This document shows, piece after piece, positions 10,001-17,507 of a DNA stretch of 36,409 nucleotides. Every line of letters begins with the position of its first letter. Positions within the stretch are counted from its first letter, which is position 1. The translations under genes were made by a program, and so were the position numbers. Source of the DNA: a candidate division WOR-3 bacterium (GTDB lineage Bacteria; Hydrothermota; Tepidihabitantia; B3-TA06). The notes beneath the pieces were generated by a model, which was given only the letters and a program-made list of their open reading frames with translations, searched no databases and was not told the DNA's origin. The stretch spans positions 1 to 36,409 of the forward strand of contig WJJO01000314.1 in the NCBI GenBank assembly GCA_014729665.1, written 5' to 3'.

Positions 10001-10722
10001 AGCTTGATATCCAGGTCTTTGTAATAAGATTCCAGTGCCTTCTTATAATAATCCTGGGCTTTATCATAGTTATCTAGGGGGTAATTATAGGTAACGCCTA
10101 TGTTGTAATAAGTTGCGGCTACAAGAGGATTCTCAGCCCCTAAAACCTTGAGCCTTATCTCCAAGGCCTTCTCATGGTTCTCAAGCGCCTTCTGGTAGTC
10201 GCCCAAATTCTTATAGACATTACCGATGTTATTTAATGAAGAAGCTGCTCCAACGCTGTCACCATGTGCAAGCCTGATATTCACGGCTATTTGATATTCG
10301 CTGATTGCTTTTTCGTATCTTTCCATCTCGGCAAATGCATAACCCCTCGTATGATAAGCCTGGCCTATCTCAGCACTATCCCTTGTCGTATCTGCCAGAC
10401 TCAAAACCTTATCTGCGTAAAACAAAGCTGAATCCGTGGTACCCAATCCGTTGAATGCCCGGCCAATCTGATTTAAGGCTTTAACCTCGCCCTCTGAATC
10501 AGTAACCCTTCGACGAAGGTCAATTTCTTTTTGCACTACTTCTATCGTTTGTGAATACTCTCCCGTACTTATCAAACTATCCCCGACTGCGTGCAGGCTG
10601 TCTGCAACGGTTTGCAGGGAGTCTTGCTTCACGGATTGAGCCGAGAGATTAAGCGGTAACAAAAATGTAAGTAATAAGTATTTGAAACGCCTATCCCCCG
10701 CACATCTCGTGCGTATACCCAT
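7045..10722 (-). CDS. Exported TPR-repeat protein with a C-terminal CHAT (caspase-like) protease domain
   Basis: 1225 aa with a signal-like N-terminus (KYLLLTFLLPLNLSAQS) and about a dozen 42-residue KLC-type TPR units (YQKALE..ALEIRLK.LGPEHPDVA). The C-terminal CHAT domain has a His/Cys dyad context: LHLATHC ... LVTLSACQT ... ATLWSVADE. Confidence 0.85.
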   Translation of the reverse strand: MGIRTRCAGDRRFKYLLLTFLLPLNLSAQSVKQDSLQTVADSLHAVGDSLISTGEYSQTIEVVQKEIDLRRRVTDSEGEVKALNQIGRAFNGLGTTDSALFYADKVLSLADTTRDSAEIGQAYHTRGYAFAEMERYEKAISEYQIAVNIRLAHGDSVGAASSLNNIGNVYKNLGDYQKALENHEKALEIRLKVLGAENPLVAATYYNIGVTYNYPLDNYDKAQDYYKKALESYYKDLDIKLKSLGPEHPDVAIIYNDIGNIYHQLRNPERALEYIQKALDIRLKSLGPEHLDVAQSYFKMGVVYERLNKFQKALENHERALEIRLKMLGSDHLDVALSYGYIGRLNGCIRNYQDALKSYQKKLEIILKAFGAEHPRIADCYESIAEVYQSLCQYQKALDYYQKALEALSKASGLEYPDVAEVYKDIGKVYNDLGDYQKALEYHHKALKVLIEALGPEHPDVGESYRVLGYMYGELGNHEKRDEYLQKSLDIKLKDLEPESMEWWDYGMIGIVYFDIGDYEKALEYEKKTLDIKLKTLGPKDPSVAISYGWLASIYRKLDDNERALEYSKKELDINLKVFGPEHPRVALDYYSIGGFHISLGNYQKALEYLQKSLDISLKSFGTQGMYAGMIYSYGTGGSVSLTDALIEDIGQVYMEMGAYDKALKHFQRALNIRLEAIGEDNPRIATSYLSIGKAYQEQGELDSALVYYKKSIEVFEESRGRLKSEELRVSYTETVTDRYESIISLLLDMQRYEEAFEYMERSKSASLKKELDETYDIDFGQGTIQEKIEEARRLATKTNVLESQLIEEQQKADSLQNQTNIENLSTLLADTKAEYLKVAAEVRTDPDYAFTVQVHPTDLGSISKDLPAGQKLLMFYSGENELYLFLISPGGEYEVRSVDAGRDSVTALIHTCREFCGPDYLLRLLRSGKMRGWTWEDDDSELYAEEIAPFKEVLTTLYSLLIQPLEEELEEAEIVTFIPSGELYYLPWGALMDDDNLFLTERYNWNLLTSTELLECIFRKQGKQKKLKSLALVGNPKGIDPPLPSAEAEVTSIGGTYRKSKTYIGNSATEPQVIKVSPDVQALHLATHCVLKSDNPLDSYIHLASTDSTDGHWTVEEVWGQSWDKMQLVTLSACQTALGGEQPGLEFVSMAKAFSLAMEGPPAIVATLWSVADESTKEFMITFYEELKDNPKSEALRKAQYQLIHSEYAHPFFWAPFILIGEWR
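8565..10485 (-). repeat. Coding tandem array of about a dozen 126-nt (42-residue) TPR units; coordinates approximate
   Basis: The motif YQKALE(Y/N)..KAL(E/D)I(R/K)LK.LGPEHPDVA...IG.VY recurs through residues about 80-720 of the TPR-CHAT protein. Confidence 0.6.
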
Positions 10723-10752
10723 TGCACTCCTCCAGTTTTGGTTGTTTTATCT

Positions 10753-10781
10753 AGTCTAAGGGTATCATCCGAAATTGTCAA
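10753..10781 (-). promoter_or_regulatory. Sigma70-type promoter, leadered (TPR-CHAT gene)
   Basis: TTGACA-17 nt-TAGACT. The roughly 25-nt leader carries GGAGGAG 4 nt before ATG 10722. Confidence 0.5.
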
Positions 10782-10835
10782 GGGGGGTAGGGATAACACC
10801 CACGGCTCGTACCGGATGTTTTAGCCGTCAATGAC

Positions 10836-12137
10836 CTAAGGGGATATCTTCTTGATTATCAAAGGCGGTGGCAAAACCGCTTCATCACCTGTCTCGAAAC
10901 AGCCTTTCAACTCGCGAGCTATTCTTTGTCCTAAAGTCTCGTCGTTGGCGTACACATACGCCAGCGGTTCCCCTTTCTCGACCTCATCACCGATCTTTTT
11001 ATTGATCTTAAAACCGACTGCAGGATCAATACTATCCTCCTTTCGCCTACGACCGGCTCCTAGCTCAACTGCTAACATGCCTATCTTATAGGTGTCTATC
11101 TTCTGGAAAACACCCTCCTTCTCAGCGGTTACCGGAATCTTGAATTCGGCCCGTGGCAGTAGCTTGTAATCCTCAACTACAGCCGGGTTACCCCCCTGAA
11201 GCCGAACCATCTCGATGAATTTATTCAGCCCCTTTCCCGAATCCAGGGCATCCTCGGTCTCCTTCCTTGCATCACCCTGCTTGCGTCCGGCAAGGGAAAG
11301 CATACGGGCTGCAAGTGTAAGAACAAGTTCCCTCAAATCGGGCGGACCTTCTCCCTTAAGACACAACACGGCCTCCTCCACTTCCAGGGCGTTTCCGACA
11401 GCCTTCCCAAGCGGCTGACTCATGTCGGACAGGACCGCCTTGGTCCGCAAATCGAATCTTTTGGTTACCGAGATTATCTTTCGGGCAAGCCCCTCTGCAT
11501 CCCGCTCGTTCTTCATGAACGCCCCGTCGCCGACCTTCACGTCAAGCACAAGGCCCTGGGCGTCTTCGGCAATCTTCTTTGCAGAAATCGACGCCGCTAT
11601 CAACGGGATGGACTCCACGGTGCAGGTAACGTCCCGCAGGCAGTATATAGCGCCGTCGGCAGGGCACATCCGCACGCTCTGCCCCATCATTGCCACACCT
11701 GCATTTGCGAGGTTTTGCTTGAACTCCTCAGTGGAAAGGTCTGTCCGGAAACCGGGGATAGAAGCCAGTTTATCCAGGGTCCCACCGGTATGCCCCAGAC
11801 CGCGGCCCGAAACCATGGGCACCGTCACACCGCAGGCGGCTACCAGCGGGGCAAGGGCTACTGAAACCTTGTCCCCCACACCGCCTGTAGAGTGCTTATC
11901 TATCTTGATACACCGAATGCCTGAAAGATCGAACCTTTCCCCAGAATCTATAAGCGCTTCTGTGTAAGCCGCAAGCTCCTCGTCCCCCAAGCCGTTGAAA
12001 CAGACCGCCATCAACCATGCCGACATCTGGTAGTCGGCTACTTTACCTTCAACGTAGCCTCGTACGAATCGCTTTATATCTTCAGGATGATTCGTTTCCC
12101 CTTCCTTCTTGCCGCGTATGAAGTCGTAGATCCTCAT
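10836..12137 (-). CDS. pdp: Pyrimidine-nucleoside (thymidine) phosphorylase
   Basis: 433 aa. ADYQMSAWLMAV, KHSTGGVGDK and SGRGLGHTGGTLDKL are collinear with Bacillus-type PyNP/thymidine phosphorylase. Confidence 0.9.
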   Translation of the reverse strand: MRIYDFIRGKKEGETNHPEDIKRFVRGYVEGKVADYQMSAWLMAVCFNGLGDEELAAYTEALIDSGERFDLSGIRCIKIDKHSTGGVGDKVSVALAPLVAACGVTVPMVSGRGLGHTGGTLDKLASIPGFRTDLSTEEFKQNLANAGVAMMGQSVRMCPADGAIYCLRDVTCTVESIPLIAASISAKKIAEDAQGLVLDVKVGDGAFMKNERDAEGLARKIISVTKRFDLRTKAVLSDMSQPLGKAVGNALEVEEAVLCLKGEGPPDLRELVLTLAARMLSLAGRKQGDARKETEDALDSGKGLNKFIEMVRLQGGNPAVVEDYKLLPRAEFKIPVTAEKEGVFQKIDTYKIGMLAVELGAGRRRKEDSIDPAVGFKINKKIGDEVEKGEPLAYVYANDETLGQRIARELKGCFETGDEAVLPPPLIIKKISP

Positions 12138-12142
12138 GGATG

Positions 12143-12171
12143 ATACTACTATTGGATTATTTCTCTGTCAA
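12143..12171 (-). promoter_or_regulatory. Sigma70-type promoter, leaderless class (pdp)
   Basis: TTGACA-17 nt-TAGTAT, then 5 nt (catcc) to ATG 12137. No SD. Confidence 0.5.
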
Positions 12172-12280
12172 CAGTAAAGGTGAATCAACCAATGTCCACA
12201 GCTTCCGGATTATCCTGCCCCTTCCTCTAAAGCGTCAGTTATGGCTTTTCACAAATCCTGCATTACCCTGGATGTAAGCC

Positions 12281-13132
12281 TTACTGTTCCTTTGGCCGGT
12301 CTACCTTCCGCACCTCCACCTGATCAACGAGGTAGTACAAGGGTTCTTCCTCACCCGCGCGTGTTACGGTGTACTTAACCAGTATGATGCTGTAATCCTT
12401 GGGGTCGAAATCATCAAATCTAAGTTCGGCGGTACCGTCCTTGGTTACTGTAATAGGATCCCCTTCGACTTCAACCCACTCCAGGGAGTCATAATCAGGA
12501 TTATCCCAGGTGAGATCAAACATATCGTATCCCTTCGATGTGTATGCGTAACTCCGTTTTACTTCAATGTCCTTGCGTGTATCCTTCGTACCGTAAAGTT
12601 CGAATATATCGAAGATTGTATCGTTTCGTTCAGCCGAATTCTGCACGGTTGCTATTACGGTGTCTGCCGAGGATTCCCAAACCAGTAAAGGGAAGGGTAA
12701 AATAGCAATAGGCGTGGATTTCTTGGCATGGTATGTCCAGTAGGCGATAACCGGAGTAATCTTGAGCCCTGTCTGCATGTGGGCAAGACCGAAGTTCCAC
12801 CATGAACCCTTGGTTAACGGAGGGTTGAACTCCCAGAGCATCAGGGAAGAATTCACTGCGGGAAGGGGCATTTTGAAGAAAATCTCTTGCTTAGGCTCCG
12901 GGTCAACCGGATACTTATCCACAGGGGCAAAGTAATTCAGCGTCAAATCGAAGGTATCAACCCCGCCAATAATCATATGGAAATCGTTAACTCCGTTTTT
13001 GGATTCAACATCTATACGCAGGTGGAAATTTACATAACGGTTGGTTACCACCAGGTTATAAGGCTTGGAACAGTAGGTAGAAATAGTTAAAAACGTTCCT
13101 AATAGTATTAATAACGTTATCTTCCGACTCAT
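12281..13132 (-). CDS. Hypothetical exported protein
   Basis: Long ORF with a coding-like composition. I moved the start to ATG 13132 (MSRKITLLILLGTFLTISTYC, signal-like), which is preceded by GGAGG with a 4-nt spacer. No recognisable domain. Confidence 0.55.
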   Translation of the reverse strand: MSRKITLLILLGTFLTISTYCSKPYNLVVTNRYVNFHLRIDVESKNGVNDFHMIIGGVDTFDLTLNYFAPVDKYPVDPEPKQEIFFKMPLPAVNSSLMLWEFNPPLTKGSWWNFGLAHMQTGLKITPVIAYWTYHAKKSTPIAILPFPLLVWESSADTVIATVQNSAERNDTIFDIFELYGTKDTRKDIEVKRSYAYTSKGYDMFDLTWDNPDYDSLEWVEVEGDPITVTKDGTAELRFDDFDPKDYSIILVKYTVTRAGEEEPLYYLVDQVEVRKVDRPKEQ

Positions 13133-13282
13133 TATGCCTCCTACCACCGAGTTGGTTTTGCAATTCATGAAAGCTCCACCATGGACCTCGGGGTTATCTT
13201 GAGGGCCAGATATGGTCCTACTTGTACTTAACCATTTGGCAAGTAGGAACTTGCCTAGTTGTTTCCTGATTCCAATTAAGAT

Positions 13283-13310
13283 AGGATAACTAAAAATAGA
13301 AAGTTGTCAA
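13283..13310 (-). promoter_or_regulatory. Candidate sigma70-type promoter (hypothetical gene 12281..13132)
   Basis: TTGACA-16 nt-TATCCT. The long leader of about 145 nt contains a 7-bp hairpin (ggcaagt/acttgcc). Confidence 0.3.
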
Positions 13311-13353
13311 GCCCTTTCTGATAAGAAACAATGCAATGAAATAGTAGCAGACA

Positions 13354-13381
13354 TTGACACATTAAATGATACTAATATACT
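13354..13381 (+). promoter_or_regulatory. Sigma70-type promoter, leadered (KAP NTPase)
   Basis: TTGACA-16 nt-TATACT. GGAGG at 13394-13398 lies 7 nt before ATG 13406. Confidence 0.5.
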
Positions 13382-13405
13382 TTTCCTTATAATGGAGGTA
13401 ACAAC

Positions 13406-14698
13406 ATGAAAGATTCATCGAATCCGATTACGATCAATTACTTCAGACATAGTGAGATAAAGACAATTGAGGAAGATAAGTTTGGATTTGAAGATTTGAT
13501 AAGTAAATTTGTAAATGATTTGCAAGCTACTAAACCACCGTATGTAATTGCCGTTACGGGGGAGTGGGGGGTAGGAAAGTCTAGCTTTCTCGATTGTCTT
13601 AAACAAGGAATTAAAGGGGGAGACAATCTAGAGGTTATTGGTCGTATTGAGTTGTGGAAATTCTCTGAACGTATGGATCTTTCTTTGGCTCTTGTATCTG
13701 CGGTCATTGATCACTTTGGTGGATTAAAGTCGAAGATAAAGAACACTGGGAAGAAATTATTAGAAACTCTTGACACGCTTCTTTCATCCACGACAATCGG
13801 GATTCCCGGTTTTTTAAGTTTCAAACCAAGTGGGGGAAAGATCTATAATATTTGGAAGAGAGCAGAAAAGGAGTTACACGAGGAATTTGAAGTCCTCGTT
13901 AGCAGATGTCTCAACGATAAAAAAAAGACAAAACTTGTTGTGCTTATCGACGACCTTGATCGGTGCCTACCTGATAAAGCACTTCAATTTCTTGAAAATC
14001 TAAGGTTTTTCTTTAATAGTGAAAGGGTCATTTTTGTTGTTGCACTAGATGAAGTCGTGATAGCAGATGCAATTACCGCTCGTTTCGGAAAGGATACGGA
14101 AGTAGACGGATACTGGTATTTAGAGAAATTAGTCGATCGTTGGTTTCGAATTCCTATACCAGATGACGACAAAATCAAAAGCTTCCTAATCCAGAAGTAC
14201 ACATCACTTGTTGAGCAAGAAGCGCCGAAAGAATACAAACAAATGTTAGACGATATGTGGTCAGGAAGCAAGTTGGATATAATACGGAGTAGTAAAAACC
14301 CAAGGCGAGTAATAAGCACTCTACAGAGAATGGTGGAGTTCGCTTTGAAATTTGAAGAACCTGAATTTAGAAAGTATGTATTTTATGATTTACCATTTTT
14401 TATCTTGAAGGGAGTTGCCCCTCTGTTGTACCAATACGGAAAACAAGATGGACAACTAATAGTTGATTTTGCTGAATCAACTCCTATGGCACGTGATAGA
14501 CTTAATTTTCGATACGGTGAACAATTACAATCCTTTTACTTAAAGAAGGACATTCAATATATTTGCCAACAAATTCGCGGTTGCGTTACGGGTGATTCTC
14601 TGTTTCAGTCCGAAGAAATTGAGATTCAGCAATTATTGCGAACATACGATTTTGAGGAGAACCCTATGACTATTTACATGGTGGGAAGACGACGTTAG
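13406..14698 (+). CDS. KAP-family P-loop NTPase (stand-alone)
   Basis: 430 aa. Walker A is VTGEWGVGKSS, and Walker B with the KAP signature is LVVLIDDLDRCLPDKALQFLENLRFFF. GGAGG lies 6 nt upstream of the ATG. The gene is markedly AT-richer than all its neighbours. Confidence 0.85.
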   Translation: MKDSSNPITINYFRHSEIKTIEEDKFGFEDLISKFVNDLQATKPPYVIAVTGEWGVGKSSFLDCLKQGIKGGDNLEVIGRIELWKFSERMDLSLALVSAVIDHFGGLKSKIKNTGKKLLETLDTLLSSTTIGIPGFLSFKPSGGKIYNIWKRAEKELHEEFEVLVSRCLNDKKKTKLVVLIDDLDRCLPDKALQFLENLRFFFNSERVIFVVALDEVVIADAITARFGKDTEVDGYWYLEKLVDRWFRIPIPDDDKIKSFLIQKYTSLVEQEAPKEYKQMLDDMWSGSKLDIIRSSKNPRRVISTLQRMVEFALKFEEPEFRKYVFYDLPFFILKGVAPLLYQYGKQDGQLIVDFAESTPMARDRLNFRYGEQLQSFYLKKDIQYICQQIRGCVTGDSLFQSEEIEIQQLLRTYDFEENPMTIYMVGRRR

Positions 14699-14731
14699 GT
14701 TTTGCTGCTTGATTAAGAATAAGATGTTCCC

Positions 14732-15643
14732 TCAATCCAGTATGAATTCCACCCGCGAGCAGGTGGAATCGATAACGGTGTTGAGTCTGGCATAGGGAAG
14801 GTTCTCCGAGAGGTATTTGATAATCGGCCGTGCTCGTTCCGCAGTAGGTGCGACCAGGGTTAAACGCGAATAACCTTTGATTTCAAATCGACGGATAACG
14901 TAATCGTAGTAGCGGGTTACAATAGGAGGAGGTATCATGCCGATGTAATCCAGCTTGCCTTCCTCTAAGATAACGGTATTCTCATACGTTATCCCGTTAA
15001 TTTTAATCTCATTTCCTACCCTTCGTTTCTGTGCGCTTTTTTTCATTGTCAGCTTAAATATATAGGTGTAGGGGTCCCCAACGGTCAGGGTCTTTGTGGA
15101 ATCGTCCGCCCTGCCGTCCCAGAGAACCTCGTCCGGAGGCGAACGTTTCCCGCCAAGCCTGCGAAAGGTATTCCCGGACATATCCAGTATGGAAACCTCC
15201 CAGGAAGCAATGCCGGGTGAACCGTAAGCCGACAGATCGATGGGTATAGCCTCGTGATCTAAATCATAGAAGTGCGGTAGATTATGCTCTATGAAGCACT
15301 CCCCGTCGTATTCAACACTGTCAAGTACGGCATCGATAGAGGTCAACTCATCGACCATTACCCTTACCGTATCCCGCCATGTCCTGTAACCCGGCCTGGA
15401 TATTATGAGCTTGTGGATGCCTGGCTTAACCTTCTCGATAAGGTGTGGCGCTGAAAACGCCATCAGATCCCCGTCCAGCCAGATAGAAACATCCCTCGGT
15501 TCGCAGGCAATCCCGATACTGCCGAACGGTTCTTCCTCTTCCTGTCCCCGCAACGGTCCTAACACACCCAACATGAAAAGGATTATTAACGCCACCCTGG
15601 GTACCTGTACCTGACTCTTTACATCATAAAGCGTCCGTCTCAT
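14732..15643 (-). CDS. PEGA-domain exported protein
   Basis: 303 aa with a signal-like N-terminus followed by a PEGA-type fold signature: IACEPRDVSIWLDGDL...VKPGIHKLIISRPGYRTWRDTVRV. The rest is unassigned. Confidence 0.55.
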   Translation of the reverse strand: MRRTLYDVKSQVQVPRVALIILFMLGVLGPLRGQEEEEPFGSIGIACEPRDVSIWLDGDLMAFSAPHLIEKVKPGIHKLIISRPGYRTWRDTVRVMVDELTSIDAVLDSVEYDGECFIEHNLPHFYDLDHEAIPIDLSAYGSPGIASWEVSILDMSGNTFRRLGGKRSPPDEVLWDGRADDSTKTLTVGDPYTYIFKLTMKKSAQKRRVGNEIKINGITYENTVILEEGKLDYIGMIPPPIVTRYYDYVIRRFEIKGYSRLTLVAPTAERARPIIKYLSENLPYARLNTVIDSTCSRVEFILD

Positions 15644-15651
15644 CGCTGTCT

Positions 15652-15679
15652 AGTATACTTAGTTGAGCGGCTCTGGCAA
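15652..15679 (-). promoter_or_regulatory. Sigma70-type promoter, near-leaderless (PEGA gene)
   Basis: TTGCCA-16 nt-TATACT, then 8 nt to ATG 15643. No SD. Confidence 0.4.
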
Positions 15680-15743
15680 GTGACGGGTGTTGTTCGCTAC
15701 AAGACCCGGGGATTAATGCCCGGTACCGTTATCTGAGGATATA

Positions 15744-16244
15744 CTATTCGATCCCCAGTTTCTTCCGCGTTGCAGGTATCAGTCCACCCTGGCCGATGAG
15801 GTCGAGGATGAACTCCGGCAGCGGCTCGAATGAGAGTTCCTTGCCCGTGGTCAGGTTCTTGAGCTTCCCGGCCTCGAGGTCGACCTCTATCTCCTCGCCT
15901 TCGGAGACGTGGTCGGTAACACCGGGGACAACCGCGATAGGTAGACCGAGGTTAATGGCGTTGCGGTAGAATATGCGGGCGAAGCTCTCGGCAACCACGC
16001 AGCCTATGCCGAAGTATCGAATGGCGGTGGCCGCCTGCTCACGGGAGGAGCCGCAGCCGAAGTACTTGCCTGCAACGATAACGTCGCCCGGCTTGGCCTT
16101 TTCCCGGAAGTCGGGATAAACTGTCTCGAATAAATATTTCGGGGTCTCCTCTGCATCGGTTACCGACATGTACCGTCCCGGGAATATGACGTCGGTATTG
16201 ACGTCGTCGGGTAATACCCATGCCTTTCCTTTTACAGGTTCCAT
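15744..16244 (-). CDS. Aconitase-family dehydratase small subunit (LeuD/HacB/DmdB type)
   Basis: 166 aa, a short archaeal-type small subunit with [23 protein letters not shown] and NAINLGLP. Its start abuts the stop of the large subunit with a 0-nt gap. Confidence 0.85.
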   Translation of the reverse strand: MEPVKGKAWVLPDDVNTDVIFPGRYMSVTDAEETPKYLFETVYPDFREKAKPGDVIVAGKYFGCGSSREQAATAIRYFGIGCVVAESFARIFYRNAINLGLPIAVVPGVTDHVSEGEEIEVDLEAGKLKNLTTGKELSFEPLPEFILDLIGQGGLIPATRKKLGIE

Positions 16245-17507
16245 TCAGGCCTCCAGATATTTACGCGGGTCTGCAAGCTTGCCTTCGATTGCCGATGCCG
16301 CCACGGTTGCCGGGGACGCCAGGTAGAGGTAAGCCTGGGCCGAACCCATCCTGCCCTGGAAGTTGCGGTTGGTTGAGGTGACCGCTGTCTCGCCGGGAGC
16401 AAGGCATCCCTCGTGTGCGCCAAGGCACGGGCCGCAGCCGGCATTGAGAACAACCGCTCCGGCGTCGATCAAGGTCTCAAGTATTCCCTGCTTTAGTGCT
16501 TCGCGGTAGATGCTCCAGGATGCAGGAACGATGAGTAAACGGACACCGGGGTTAATCTTCTCACCCTTCAGCACGCGTGCCGCTTCTTGCAGGTCTTCTA
16601 ATCGACCGTTGGTGCAAGAGCCGATAACCGCCTGGTCTATCTTTGTTCCAGCGACTTCGGTGATACCCTTGACGTTATCCACCTGGTGAGGGCACGCAAG
16701 CTGGGGTTCGAGGTCTGACACATCGAAGGTGTGTTCGGACAGGTAACTAGCGTCGGGATCGGGTACGAGCATCTCGTATGCGCCTTTGGCACGGGGCTTG
16801 ACGTAGGCTTCGGTCACCTTATCCGGGATAATGAACGCTGTTTTGGCCCCTGCCTCCATGGACAGATTAGAGATAACCATCCTGGAGGCTACGGTCATAT
16901 CCGAGATAGCCTGACCCGAGTACTCCATGGCCTTGTAGTCGGCCCCGTCCGAACCGATGGTGCCTATGACCTTGAGGACTACGTCCTTTGAGTACACACC
17001 GTCTGGAAGCTTGCCGTTAACTACTATCTTGAGTGTCTCCGGCACCTTGAGCCACAACTCTCCCGTGGCCCATACCGCAGACATCTCGGTAGCTCCTATG
17101 CCTGTGGCGAATGCCCCAAGCGCACCTGCGGTGGTGGTGTGTGAATCGGTTCCCACCAGAAGGATGCCCGGCCTGGAGAATCCTTCCTCGGCCAGCACCT
17201 GGTGGCATACACCCACGTTGATATCGTAGAAGTTGCCGATTCCCTGGGCGGCAACGAACTCGCGCAGTTCCTTCTGTCCTATAGCGGTGCGTTCGGACTC
17301 GGCAGGTACCCGGTGGTCAAAGATAATAACAATCCTTTCGGGGTCCCATACCTTATCCACGCCTATCTTCTCGAAAGATTTCTTGACCATGCGTCCGTTC
17401 TCATGGGACATAGCCACGTCCACGGCGGCCTGCACTATCTGGCCTGCATCGACCTCGGACTTGCAGGCTTTTTTGGCAAGTATCTTCTCCGCCAGAGTCT
17501 TCCCCAT
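16245..17507 (-). CDS. Aconitase-family dehydratase large subunit (LeuC/HacA/DmdA type)
   Basis: 420 aa with MGKTLAEKIL, VGTDSHTTT, the Fe-S ligand context GSCTNGR, and NAGCGPCLG. Confidence 0.85.
   Translation of the reverse strand: MGKTLAEKILAKKACKSEVDAGQIVQAAVDVAMSHENGRMVKKSFEKIGVDKVWDPERIVIIFDHRVPAESERTAIGQKELREFVAAQGIGNFYDINVGVCHQVLAEEGFSRPGILLVGTDSHTTTAGALGAFATGIGATEMSAVWATGELWLKVPETLKIVVNGKLPDGVYSKDVVLKVIGTIGSDGADYKAMEYSGQAISDMTVASRMVISNLSMEAGAKTAFIIPDKVTEAYVKPRAKGAYEMLVPDPDASYLSEHTFDVSDLEPQLACPHQVDNVKGITEVAGTKIDQAVIGSCTNGRLEDLQEAARVLKGEKINPGVRLLIVPASWSIYREALKQGILETLIDAGAVVLNAGCGPCLGAHEGCLAPGETAVTSTNRNFQGRMGSAQAYLYLASPATVAASAIEGKLADPRKYLEA

Noticed and set aside
13270-14731. Possible direct repeats flanking the KAP NTPase islet (aattaagatagg on the left, gattaagaataagatg on the right) as insertion scars.
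   Set aside because: The matches are only 6-8 nt in AT-rich sequence, well within chance. There is no integrase, transposase or tRNA target nearby. The horizontal-transfer inference rests on composition only.
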